Positions 46,114 to 55,540 of a stretch of DNA of 64,000 nucleotides are shown one piece after another. The stretch lies in assembly GCA_963665325.3 (NCBI GenBank), contig CAXXWS020000003.1:896001-960000 (forward strand). Reading direction: 5' to 3'. The first letter of the stretch is position 1, and the number at the start of each line of letters is the position of its first letter. The position numbers and the translations under genes were made by a program. The stretch is from Alphaproteobacteria bacterium. Its GTDB lineage: Bacteria > Pseudomonadota > Alphaproteobacteria > Bin95. The notes under the pieces were generated by a model, which was not told the origin of the DNA, searched no databases, and worked only from the letters and a program-made list of their open reading frames with translations.

Positions 46114-47034
46114 TCAGCCGATGAGAACGGGAATGCCGAGCGCCTTCGCCTTGTCGACGAGGTTGGCCGTGATGCCGTTGCCCTCGAAGGCGATGAGGCC
46201 CTTGGGCATGAGGTTGAGCATTTCGTCGTTGCGCCGGAACGGGGCGGCGCGTCCGTGGCGTGTCCAGTTGGGCTTGCACACGACCTGGTCGACGCCGTTG
46301 CTCTCGGCCCACCGGGCGGCGAGCCGGTCGGTGCCGGGGCCGCCGCCGTGGACGATGACGAGGTCGTCGTACTTGGCGCGGGTCTGGTCGAGGCGTCGGG
46401 CGATGGCGTCCGGGTCGCGCACGTCCTTGCCGCCGGCGATGGCGACCAGTGTGCCGCTCGGCAGGTGCGCCTTCGTCTCGCGGTCCTTCCGTGCGCGGAT
46501 GAAGTCGCGCGCATCGATGGCGGCGGAGGTCAGCGCGCCGGTCTGCGAGACGTGGCTGCCGCGCCTCGGACGCCAGACGTCTCCGGTCGCGGCGCGGTAC
46601 TGGTCGGCCGCCGCATCGCGCATCTGCTCGAAGGCGTCGCGGCGGTCGCCGAGGTTCTGCGCCCGCTCGGTCGTCAGCTCGAGCTCGCGGGCCTTGACCT
46701 CGGTGCCGTCCTGGGCGGCTTGCAGGTCGCGCAGCTCGGGGGTGAGCCGGTCGACGGAGCGGTCGAGGCGGCGGACCTGTGCGTCGAAGGCGTTGACGAT
46801 GCCCCACAGCAGGTGCTCTCGCTCGTCGGCGAGCTGGAAGCCGTCGGGTGCGACGCTCTCGGCGAGGATGCGGAACGCTTCGCCCACCGCGCCGACGGCC
46901 TCGTCTCGGTCCCAGATGTCGCGGGGGTCGAACTCGCCGCGCTCTGGGGTTGCGCCGTAGAGCTGCGCGTTCTCGCAGACTGTCGCGGTCATGGACTGGT
47001 CTTGGCTCTCGAAGGTGTCGATATCGAAGGTCAT
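46114..47034 (-). CDS. DUF2493/YspA-like SLOG-domain protein
   Basis: VAIAGGKD, IVHGGGPGTD..AARWA, P.W..HGRAAPFRRNDEM, IAFEGNGIT. Confidence 0.8.
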   Translation of the reverse strand: MTFDIDTFESQDQSMTATVCENAQLYGATPERGEFDPRDIWDRDEAVGAVGEAFRILAESVAPDGFQLADEREHLLWGIVNAFDAQVRRLDRSVDRLTPELRDLQAAQDGTEVKARELELTTERAQNLGDRRDAFEQMRDAAADQYRAATGDVWRPRRGSHVSQTGALTSAAIDARDFIRARKDRETKAHLPSGTLVAIAGGKDVRDPDAIARRLDQTRAKYDDLVIVHGGGPGTDRLAARWAESNGVDQVVCKPNWTRHGRAAPFRRNDEMLNLMPKGLIAFEGNGITANLVDKAKALGIPVLIG

Positions 47035-47082
47035 GATGGATGCTCCCTTGAGCTTGCGGTTGATGCCTGCGAGGCGGGGGTG

Positions 47083-47341
47083 CCTTGCTGTGCCTGATTG
47101 TTGGGACACGCGCGCGCAGGGGAGCCACCGGGACCGGAATGAATGGCCCGATGTGGTGCGCGAGTGGTGCGGGCGCAGGGAGCGAAGCGACTGAGCCACG
47201 GTCGCGCGCCGCATCGGGACTAGGCGCGCAGCGCCGTTTCATTCCGAGTCCCGGCCGCAACGGAGCGAAGCGGAGTGGAGGACCCGCTTTAGCGGGTTGG
47301 CGCACTGAGCACGTGTGGCACGATAATCAGGCACAGCGAGG
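47083..47341. promoter_or_regulatory. Long imperfect inverted repeat, Frpo/ssi-like ssDNA structure
   Basis: CCTTGCTGTGCCTGATTGTTG (47083) pairs with CGATAATCAGGCACAGCGAGG (to 47341); internal GCGAAGC motifs. Confidence 0.6.
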
Positions 47342-47470
47342 AACCACCCTTTCCCCTGGCACGGTCCCCTTGGGCGGAACGGTCAGGCACGGTGTCCGGG
47401 ATTGACGCGCGGACCTGGCGGCGGCGATTCCGACCTTCGCGGTGGCGACGGACTCCAAGTCGACAGCACG

Positions 47471-47501
47471 AAAAAGGGGCCGGCACCGAAGTACCGACCC
47501 C
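47471..47501 (-). terminator. Rho-independent terminator after ssb
   Basis: GGGGTCGGTAC-TTCG-GTGCCGGCCCC-TTTTT on the minus strand. Confidence 0.8.
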
Positions 47502-47528
47502 AGTGGGAGATGGGAGACGATGAGCCGC

Positions 47529-47999
47529 CTAGAACGGAATCAAATCGTCGGATTCCTGGGCGGTGCCGTTCGCACTCGACGCGGCGGCCTCGGCCGGCAC
47601 GGACTCCGCGCCCGCCGCCTGCGCCGCGGGCTTCGCGCCGTTGCCGTTGGGCTTGTCCAAGAACTGGAGCCGGTGGCCCGGCACGACCAGAATCTCGGTC
47701 GAGAAGCGGTCGGAGTCCTCGCCGTCCTTCGTCCAGCGACGCGTCTGGAGTTTGCCCTCGGCGTGGACCAGGCGGCCCTTCTTCGCGTGCTTCTCCAGCA
47801 TCGAGATGAGCCCGTCCTGGAAGGTCACCACGCGGTGCCATTCCACCCGGTCCACCTTTTCGCCGGTCTGCCGGCTGAGGAAGCTCTCGTCGGTCGCGAT
47901 GCTCAAGTTCGCCACGCGCCCCCCGCTCGCGAGATGGTTGACGACGACGTCGGCGCCGAGGCGCCCGATGAGCTCGACCCTGTTGATTCCGAATGCCAT
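47529..47999 (-). CDS. ssb: Single-stranded DNA-binding protein
   Basis: INRVELIGRLG, EWHRVV, KKG..V.AEGKLQTRRW, acidic tail DDLIPF. Confidence 0.93.
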   Translation of the reverse strand: MAFGINRVELIGRLGADVVVNHLASGGRVANLSIATDESFLSRQTGEKVDRVEWHRVVTFQDGLISMLEKHAKKGRLVHAEGKLQTRRWTKDGEDSDRFSTEILVVPGHRLQFLDKPNGNGAKPAAQAAGAESVPAEAAASSANGTAQESDDLIPF

Positions 48000-48100
48000 T
48001 GCGGTTCTCCTCACGTGTTCGATATTGACGATGGTCGAGCGGGCGGGACCGGGAACCTCTCGCTCCCCATCCCTTCCGCTCATTCTTCTCCCGCTTCCCT

Positions 48101-48256
48101 CTACCTCGCGTCCGCCGGAACCTCGCGGTCGGGACAGCGACGGGCGAGGTCGTCGGCGAGCGCGTCCCGCACCGCGCCGACATCGAGCCCGAGCTCGGCC
48201 AGCAGCTCGTTGCCGCCCGCGGCGATGGGGTCGTAGTCCGAGTACGTGTCGAACAT
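48101..48256 (-). CDS. Small acidic hypothetical protein (51 aa)
   Basis: RBS GGAGGA then MFDTYSDYDPIAAGGNELLAELGLD..; co-oriented with neighbours. Confidence 0.45.
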   Translation of the reverse strand: MFDTYSDYDPIAAGGNELLAELGLDVGAVRDALADDLARRCPDREVPADAR

Positions 48257-48374
48257 GGCAGGTCCTCCCGGATGCCGCGCCCGGCGGCGGGGAAGCCCAC
48301 CTTCCTCCATCCCGCCGGGCGCTTGCCCGGCACGCGCTTCCCTCTTCCTCCCGACCGCCCTCGCGGGACGCGGG

Positions 48375-49523
48375 TCACGCCCAGGCGGCCCAGCGCATGA
48401 CCGGGTTGAAGTCCGAGACGACCTCGACCTGGTCGAAGCCGAGCTTGGCGAAGACCAGCGCCGCGGCCGCCTCGGCCTCGCTGTCGAAGGTGCCGAGCGT
48501 CTCGCCCGAGGCGAGCTCGATGACGGTGAAGCTCGGGTCCCAGGCCGGCATGCCCCGGAAGTAGCTGGAGCCGTGGTAGGACTTCTCGGCGCACGGGGCG
48601 CATTGCGCGGCTCCCTGCGAGGGCGCTCCGCAGCTCGTGCATTCGGAGCGGGCGCGCCTCTGCCAATAGAGCTCCCGGCTGCGGGCATTGCGGCGCTCCC
48701 GGTCCCGGCGCTCGCTCTCGAGCACGGCGCAGGGCGCGCACCGCGAGCCGCCGTCGTTCACCGCACCCGCGCACCTGACGCACACCCCGGCGGCGCGCCT
48801 GGCGGCGTAGGCCTGTCGCTCCGACCCGCGCCGCGCAATCCGGCACGGCTCGCACGTCGAGCCCCCCTCGATGGCGGGACGCGTGCCGCATGACGTGCAC
48901 AGGCCGGCGGTGCGCCGGGCCTCGTCGCGCCTGCGGCTGCGCTCGCGGCCGATGCGTCGGCGGGTCTCCACCGGGCGCCCACCATAGAGCTTGCCCTGCG
49001 ACATTGCCTTGGCGTAGCGCGCCCGCTCGCGGGCCCGGCGCTTCTCGTTGCATTGCTCGCACAGGGTGAGTCCCTCCGCGGCCGGGGCCTTCCCGCAGTG
49101 CAAACACAACCCGGCTTCGCGGCGCGCCTCGGCCTGCCGGCGGGAGCGCTCGCGTTCATAGGCGCGGGCGTGCTTGGCGTCGCGCCGGGGCAGGCCGGCG
49201 GCACGGAGCCGCGCGTCCCGTGCCCGGCTCGCCCGGTTCGTCTTCTCGGCGCAGGACTCGCAGATGGACCGCTCGGGCGCGGGCGGACGCTTGCCGCACT
49301 TCGGGCACATCCCGGCCGCGACCCGGGCGGCGGCCCGGCGATGATGCCGTGCCCGGTCGGCGGGCCGCTTCTTCGCCGCGCACGGCTCGCACTGGCTGCG
49401 ATGGGGCGCCGGCGGGCGCTTGCCGCATTTCAGGCAAAGGCCAGCAGCGCGGCGTTCAGCGGTCCGCTTGTGATAGCGCTCCAGGTCCCGCGAGCGCCTG
49501 GCCTCGATGTCGAGTTCGCACAT
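48375..49523 (-). CDS. Tandem C4 zinc-finger protein (six CxxC-x9-11-CxxC units with Arg-rich linkers)
   Basis: CLKC..CEPC, CPKC..CESC, CLHC..CEQC, CTSC..CEPC, CVRC..CAPC, CTSC..CAPC; RBS AAGGAG. Confidence 0.8.
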   Translation of the reverse strand: MCELDIEARRSRDLERYHKRTAERRAAGLCLKCGKRPPAPHRSQCEPCAAKKRPADRARHHRRAAARVAAGMCPKCGKRPPAPERSICESCAEKTNRASRARDARLRAAGLPRRDAKHARAYERERSRRQAEARREAGLCLHCGKAPAAEGLTLCEQCNEKRRARERARYAKAMSQGKLYGGRPVETRRRIGRERSRRRDEARRTAGLCTSCGTRPAIEGGSTCEPCRIARRGSERQAYAARRAAGVCVRCAGAVNDGGSRCAPCAVLESERRDRERRNARSRELYWQRRARSECTSCGAPSQGAAQCAPCAEKSYHGSSYFRGMPAWDPSFTVIELASGETLGTFDSEAEAAAALVFAKLGFDQVEVVSDFNPVMRWAAWA

Positions 49524-49608
49524 GGGTCGTTCTCCTTGCCGGGGTTGGGAACCAGACGAAGGACGCCCGACCGGCGCGGGCCGGCCGGACGTCCCCGGAG
49601 AGCGCCGC

Positions 49609-49941
49609 TCAGCCGCGCTGCTTGCGGTCGCACAGGATGCCCGCGGCGTGAGACCCCCAGAGCTGCTGGCCGCCGCGGGTGGTGAGCCCGGTGCAGATGA
49701 TGATCTCGGTGCGGGCGGGGCGCATTTCCTTGACCGCCTTCAGCGTGGCGGTGACGCGCTTCGCCCCGCGGCCGCCCTTCTTCGCGGTCGCCGCCCTCTC
49801 GCGGGGCCAGGGGCGGATGTCGCCATCGGCGTACGCCTTGAACCGCTCGACCGCGTATCGCTGGTCGACAAGGCCGCCGCCGAAGAAATGGACCAGGAAC
49901 GTGTCCGCCGTGTTGCCGGGAATCGCCATTGCCGTCGTCAT
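49609..49941 (-). CDS. Hypothetical protein (110 aa)
   Basis: GGAG RBS, MTTAMAIPGN..; first gene of the minus-strand cluster. Confidence 0.5.
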   Translation of the reverse strand: MTTAMAIPGNTADTFLVHFFGGGLVDQRYAVERFKAYADGDIRPWPRERAATAKKGGRGAKRVTATLKAVKEMRPARTEIIICTGLTTRGGQQLWGSHAAGILCDRKQRG

Positions 49942-50241
49942 GGTGCCGTCTCCATTTGCCGCTGATGGGAAACGGCGGAGACGCCTCCCTCCGGGACGTC
50001 GTCCGCCGCCCCGCTTCCGGCCAAACTCTCCTCTCGCCGGTGCGAACCCGCATGGCGGCGACCGTGCGCTGATGGGGTATCGCGGCAAGGCGGAGAACGA
50101 CGGGTGCGAAGATTCCCGGTCCGCTGACGGCCCCATGTTCGAGTGGGGCACCGCGGAAAGGACCGCTGCGCATACCGGCGCACGGTCGATGCCTCTGCCC
50201 AGGCGGTTGCGCGCAAAATTGTTCGCGTCTATCGTCGGGCG

Positions 50242-50454
50242 ATGACCGGACGGCAGTTCATCGCGCGGGTCCGCCGGTGGGCGAGGGTCCGGGGCGTGGA
50301 GGTGCGCTTCGTCGCATCCGAGGGATCCGGCTCGCACGGGACGCTCCATGCGGGCGGGCGAAAGACCACCGTCAAGGACCGCAGGAAGGAGATCGGCCGG
50401 GGGCTGCTCGGCAAGATGCTGGCCGACCTCGGAATCGACCCGAACGACCTGTAG
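50242..50454 (+). CDS. hicA: HicA-family toxin
   Basis: GSGSH motif, KEIGRGLLGKMLADLGI. Confidence 0.82.
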   Translation: MTGRQFIARVRRWARVRGVEVRFVASEGSGSHGTLHAGGRKTTVKDRRKEIGRGLLGKMLADLGIDPNDL

Positions 50455-50462
50455 GAGGACCG

Positions 50463-50900
50463 ATGCCCGACAGCTACGACTATCCCGCCACCATCGAATG
50501 CGACGAGGACGGGCGCCACGTCGTCTCGTTCCCCGACTTCGGCTGGGGCGCGACCGACGGTGCGACCCGCGACGAGGCGCTGGCCGAGGCGCGGGACCTG
50601 CTGCGCGAGCTCATCGCGGCGACGATGCGCGAGGGCGGCGCGCTGCCCAAGCCCTCGCCCGCCGGCAGGCGTCGGCCCCTGGTGGTTCCGCCGGTGCAGA
50701 CCGCGCTCAAGGCGGCACTCTACGAGGCGTGGCGCGAGGCCGGGATATCGCAGCGCCGGTTCGCCCGCGACCTCGATGTCGCGGAGAGCGAGGTCCGGCG
50801 CATGCTGAACCCCGATCACGCCACCAAGGCGGCGACCATCGACCGGGCGTTGCGCCGGCTGGGCAAGCGGCTCACCGTGACCGTCGGCGAGGCGGCCTGA
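50463..50900 (+). CDS. hicB: HicB-family antitoxin with HTH
   Basis: YPATI..VVSFPDF..ATDG.TRDEALAEA..LPKPS; C-terminal HTH. Confidence 0.85.
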   Translation: MPDSYDYPATIECDEDGRHVVSFPDFGWGATDGATRDEALAEARDLLRELIAATMREGGALPKPSPAGRRRPLVVPPVQTALKAALYEAWREAGISQRRFARDLDVAESEVRRMLNPDHATKAATIDRALRRLGKRLTVTVGEAA

Positions 50901-51005
50901 GCGGACAGTCCGGCCCACCGGCTCCGCCGTCGGCGGGACGGCGGTACGTACCCCGGCCGGGCCGGCGATGGCGATGGACGAGCCCGCGACTCCATCGCGA
51001 CGAGG

Positions 51006-51266
51006 TTGCGCGCCCGGCTGGTGCGGCTGCTGGAGACGGTGGAGAGCGTCGGTCTCGATGCGCTTCGCGCGCCACATGTCCGACATCTTGACGGCAAGCT
51101 CTGGGAGCTGCGGGTCAGGGCCGAGGGAGGGATCGCCAGGGGGATCTACATGACGGCGGCCGGATGGCGGGTGGTGGTGCTGCACGTCTTCGCGAAGAAC
51201 TCGCGCAAGACGCCACGCCGGACGCTCGCGACCGCCCGGGAACGGATGAGGCAGGTGACGCCATGA
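51006..51266 (+). CDS. RelE/ParE (Gp49-type) toxin, N-terminus possibly degenerate
   Basis: HVRHLDGKLWELR..ARGIY..VVLHVFAKNSRKTP. Confidence 0.72.
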   Translation: MRARLVRLLETVESVGLDALRAPHVRHLDGKLWELRVRAEGGIARGIYMTAAGWRVVVLHVFAKNSRKTPRRTLATARERMRQVTP

Positions 51267-51548
51267 CGAAGCTGAAGGAACTGAAAGCGCGCTTCATGGA
51301 GGACCCGGAGTTCCAGGAGGAATATGCGCGCATCGACGGGGGGGTATGCGTTGATCGAGGCGCTGGTGCGTGCCCGCAGGGCGGCGAAGCTGACGCAGGC
51401 GGAGCTTGCAAGCCGGCTCGGCACGACGCAGTCGGCCGTTGCGCGGCTGGAGGGCGGGCGGGTGTCGCCGTCCTTCGCCACGCTGCGCCGCTACGCCGAA
51501 GCGACCGGCACGCGGCTGACCGTGGATCTGGTGCCGGCCGGTGGCTGA
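51263..51548 (+). pseudogene. XRE-HTH antitoxin with a +1 frameshift in a G7 run
   Basis: MTKLKELKARFMEDPEFQEEY.. then ALVRARRAAKLTQAELASRLGTTQSAVARLE in another frame; G7 at 51338-51344. Confidence 0.75.
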
Positions 51549-51584
51549 GCGCCCGGGATGTCGGCTGGCCGGCGTTGCGGGTTC

Positions 51585-51725
51585 CCGGGGGCAGCTCCGG
51601 CCCCACCGAAGTGGAAATCGTCGATCACCACCGATGGGAGGCGCGTCATGCGCGAGCCCGCCCATTCCGGCGAGACGCTGCGCGACGACCTCGACGCGCT
51701 CGCCATGAGCCCGGCTGCCGACGCT
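51585..51725 (+). pseudogene. Remnant of a HigB/HigA pair (toxin tail and antitoxin head)
   Basis: ..PTEVEIVDHH followed by MREPAHSGETLRDDLDALAMS, cf. dVEIvDYH and P.HPGE.L. Confidence 0.5.
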
Positions 51726-51846
51726 CGACGCCGGCACGGGACTGCCTGCGGCGGGCTGAGGGAGCCGCGCCCGCAGGCCGGCCATACGTATGGCGGACAG
51801 CGGCGCGGCGGCCCCGTCCCCGGAGGCCGCACGCGAACCGGGGCGC

Positions 51847-52098
51847 TCAGTCCCCGGCCTCGAACAGCCGGCGGTAGGCCGCCTCGGCGCGGACGAGACC
51901 GGTGTCGGTCAGGTTCACCGATCTGGCCTTGCCGACCGGATCGGAGATCAGGTCCTTGTCGTGAAGCCGGTCCATCGCCGACCAGTCGAACGACTTCCAG
52001 GTCCGGGCGCCGCCCGTCGGGTAGCGCTCGACGATGCCGAGCCAGAGCAGCGCCAGCACGGCCTCGTCGATCCTGTCCTTCACCCGCTCGTCGCTCAT
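51847..52098 (-). CDS. DUF6429-like small protein
   Basis: DRIDEAVLALLWL..RTWKSFDWSAMDRLH.K.LISDPVGKARSV.LT. Confidence 0.7.
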   Translation of the reverse strand: MSDERVKDRIDEAVLALLWLGIVERYPTGGARTWKSFDWSAMDRLHDKDLISDPVGKARSVNLTDTGLVRAEAAYRRLFEAGD

Positions 52099-52538
52099 CG
52101 CGCCCGCCCGTCCGGCTCTCCGTCGAGGTTGCTGTCGTCGCCGTCGGACCCCATGACACGCTCCACCAGGTGATCGGTGACGTCCACGAAATAGCTCTCC
52201 AGCTCGGACTGGAGCCGGCTGTACTCCGGCCATACCGCGCGGTCGAAGAACCGTTCCCGCGCCCGCACCATCACCGTCGTGCGCCGCTGGCGCGCGTAAC
52301 GGAAGGTACGCACGCCGTGCTTGCGACAGACCGCCACGAACAGCCGGACCGACCACGTATCGGGGAGCGAGAACTGGAGCTCGACTTCCGGCTCGGGCCG
52401 CTTGCCCGAACCGCCGAGGCGGCCGTGCAGCCGGCCCATCGCGGCCTCCGCGGCGGTGCGCTCCCCCGGACTGCCGGCGTGGCGGAACAGCGCTTCCACC
52501 TTGGCAAGCTTCGCCCTCAGTGCGTCGTCGTCGATCAT
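52095..52538 (-). CDS. Conserved mobile-element hypothetical protein
   Basis: LRAKLAKVEALF..AGSPGER.AA; FSLPD.WS.RLF.A.CR; coupled to the next gene by ATGA. Confidence 0.65.
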   Translation of the reverse strand: MIDDDALRAKLAKVEALFRHAGSPGERTAAEAAMGRLHGRLGGSGKRPEPEVELQFSLPDTWSVRLFVAVCRKHGVRTFRYARQRRTTVMVRARERFFDRAVWPEYSRLQSELESYFVDVTDHLVERVMGSDGDDSNLDGEPDGRAR

Positions 52539-52805
52539 CGCGCGCCGTCCGGCTGGATCGGAATAACGACAGCATGATCGAACCCCCGCCGCGCTGTCCA
52601 TGCCGGGCAATACCGCATGGCCCGACGGACGGCGATACGCATACCGCAGGCTGGCGCGGCGCCTGACGGATCGAGCGGGCTCGGCCTCGCGTGGCCGGGG
52701 CCGGGGCCGGGGCCGGTCGAGGATACCGGCGGCGCGGGACGCACCGTCTCGACATAGCCGTGGTCCGACCGGGCGGAGCCCGCTATGATATGACCAGTTT
52801 CATGA

Positions 52806-53060
<255 letters not shown>

Positions 53061-53078
53061 GATAGGCAGTCGGCCCGG

Positions 53079-53528
53079 ATGCGCTATTTCGACACCAGCT
53101 TCCTGGTCCCCCTCATCCTTCCGGAGGCCACCAGCGAACCGGTCGCGGGATTTTTCGAGACCCTGCCGGCGGACGATCTGGCGGTGAGCCATTGGACCCG
53201 GGTCGAGTTCGCCTCGCTGCTTGCCCGCGAGGTTCGCATGGGCAATTTGGAAGCCGCGGCGGCGCACGAGGCGGGCTCACGTTTCGAGCGGATGGTCGAA
53301 GAGTCCTTTGTCGTCCTGTTGCCGAACCGCGACGACTTCGACCAGGCCAGGGACTGGCTCAACCGTTTCGACACCGGTCTGAGAGCCGGCGACGCGCTGC
53401 ACCTCGCCATTGCGGGGAACCACGGGGCGGAGGCGATCTACAGCCTGGACAAAGTGATGATTGCGGCGGGAAAGACGCTGGGTTTGCCGGCAGGCGTGGG
53501 GATCCTCCTTCCGGGCTATGACCAGTGA
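53079..53528 (+). CDS. vapC: VapC PIN-domain toxin
   Basis: YFDTSFLV, E, LRAGDALHLAIA, SLD. Confidence 0.88.
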   Translation: MRYFDTSFLVPLILPEATSEPVAGFFETLPADDLAVSHWTRVEFASLLAREVRMGNLEAAAAHEAGSRFERMVEESFVVLLPNRDDFDQARDWLNRFDTGLRAGDALHLAIAGNHGAEAIYSLDKVMIAAGKTLGLPAGVGILLPGYDQ

Positions 53529-53649
53529 TGCACCCATGAGTGGGTTGCGGCCGGTTGTCCGTATTGCGAAACGGCGGGGCGAGACTTGAATGCTGTTACA
53601 CGGAGTGCTATATCACCCAGCATGATGGAAGCCGCCCGCGGGGTGAGGA

Positions 53650-54024
53650 TTGCGCACGTTCAAGACCAAGCCCTTCGCGCGCTTCGCCAGGCGCGCGGGA
53701 GTGCCGGATGCAGCCCTGTGCGATGCGGTTTTGCGCGCCGGACGAGGCCAGGTCGATGCCGACCTCGGCGGTGGCGTCCTCAAGCAGCGCGTTGCCCGAC
53801 AGGGACAGGGCCGCTCCGGAGGGTTCCGCGTCATCGTGCTGATTCGCCGGAGCGACCGCTCGTTCTTCGTCCATGGGTTCGCGAAGAGCGATCGGGAGAA
53901 CCTTCGGCGCGGCGAGATCGGGGCGCTGCGCGAACTGGCAAGAGAGTTGTTCGGGATGGACGAACCCGGTCTTGAGGCGATGCTGGCGAACGGGACGATC
54001 AGCGAGGTGAATTGCGATGGCTAA
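53650..54024 (+). CDS. RelE/HigB-like toxin
   Basis: FKTKPFARFAR, DADLGGGV.KQRVAR.G.GRSGGFR, FAKSDRENL. Confidence 0.82.
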   Translation: MRTFKTKPFARFARRAGVPDAALCDAVLRAGRGQVDADLGGGVLKQRVARQGQGRSGGFRVIVLIRRSDRSFFVHGFAKSDRENLRRGEIGALRELARELFGMDEPGLEAMLANGTISEVNCDG

Positions 54025-54334
54025 GCAGTACCGGAGCGAAGTGCTGGCGTCGGTGCATGAGACCGCGCTCGGCATGATGGAGGCGGGCGTGATGGAGAAG
54101 AAGACGATGAAGGTCTTCGACGAGATGTGCCTCACCCCGGTCGAGGAGCTCGCGCCGGAGCGGATCCGGGAGATTCGGCTGGGGGAGAATGCGAGCCAGG
54201 CGGTGTTTGCCCGCTACCTCAACGTGACGACAGGCCTGGTGAGTCAGTGGGAGCGTGGCGAGAAGCGCCCGCGTGGCGCTTCGTTGAAGCTCCTGACGCT
54301 GGTGGCGAAGAACGGACTTGGGACGGTCGCGTGA
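54017..54334 (+). CDS. HigA-like XRE antitoxin
   Basis: SVHETA.G, SQAVFARYLNV..LVSQWERGEKRP.GASLKLL. Confidence 0.85.
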   Translation: MAKQYRSEVLASVHETALGMMEAGVMEKKTMKVFDEMCLTPVEELAPERIREIRLGENASQAVFARYLNVTTGLVSQWERGEKRPRGASLKLLTLVAKNGLGTVA

Positions 54335-54366
54335 CGTTTTGTCGGCACCTGTCGGGACCTGTCCTG

Positions 54367-55431
54367 TCAGGATTGTGTTTCAATCCGGTGACTATTTGTT
54401 GACGGGCTTAGAATGAAGAAGAAAAACATCAATAATAACGGTGGTTTAGTGGAAATAGATGCACAAGTATGGCGCAGGTCGTGAAGATGCACATCCTCCA
54501 GGTCGGCCTCGGATCGGACCCTGATCCAGAACCGGTCCAACCAATTGTCGCTCATGGGCCGGTCGCTCCGAAATGCGGGGAACACCCAGCGGCCTTTCCG
54601 TTCAAGGCCGTCGAGAACAGCACGGGCCGGCTCCGAGAGCCACACGGTTCGGGGGCCCGTCTTGCTGTCGCGGAGGAACAGATGGCCCTCGCGGTAATCC
54701 GGCCATTGCAGAGTGAGAATTTCGCTCTTGCGGCAGCCGGTCAGGAGAAGCAGCCGGATGGCGGCGACCTGCTGCGGTTGTTCCACTTCATGCGCCTTGA
54801 GCCTTGCGGACAGGCGGCGGATTTCCTCGTCGGAGAGGAACCGCTCGCGGCCCTTGCGGCGGTATCGCCGGATGCCCCGGCAGGGGTTGGAACCCTCCGG
54901 GCGCAGGCCCATGGTCTCCGCTTCCTTCATGATGACGGACAGCACCGGCATGGACCGGTCCGCCGCCACTGGCGTCGCGCGCAGACGGGCGAACCAGTGC
55001 CGCACCTCCTGCCGGTCGATGTCGGCAATCGGCCGCCCGGCGAAATGCGGCAGAAGCTGATTGCGGAGATAGTACCGGTTCACTTTGAGCGTCCTGGCCT
55101 TCCAAAGCCGCGCATGGCGCTCGAACACGGTCTCGGCGACGGCTTCGAAGACGGTCACTTCGGGACGGTGCGGCGCTTCCTTGCCCCGCCGGATGGCGGC
55201 AAGCATTTCGGTCGCCGAAGCCCGCGCCTCGACGATGCTCATGTCTTCGGCATTGCCGACGATCTTCCAGACCCGCTCGCCGCGATGCTGGCACTGGATG
55301 AAGAACCGCTTCCTGCCGGTGGGCATCACCCGGACGCCGAAGCCCTTGAGTCTGGCGTCCCGGATGTCGAAGGGTGACTTGCGAGGCTTGAGGGCCTCAA
55401 TGCGGGCTGCGGTAAGGGTAACACTGGGCAT
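54367..55431 (-). pseudogene. Tyrosine integrase with arm-binding domain, truncated just after HDLRH (no LGH or catalytic Tyr)
   Basis: GFGVRV.PTG.K.F arm domain, LLLTGCRKSEI, DSKTG, HDLRHTCAS then an AT-rich non-homologous tail. Confidence 0.85.
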
Positions 55432-55540
55432 GTAGCTCTCCCGGTTCCGGTTGCAGCCGGGGAACAAGCAATGGCAGATTACTTCCCCGGCCGCAGTTTT
55501 TCGGGAGAAACAACAACGCAATATCAGATAGTTAGCACCG

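Noticed and set aside
52693-52716. (GGCCGG)4 microsatellite / G-quadruplex
   Set aside because: Short and plausible by chance at this GC content
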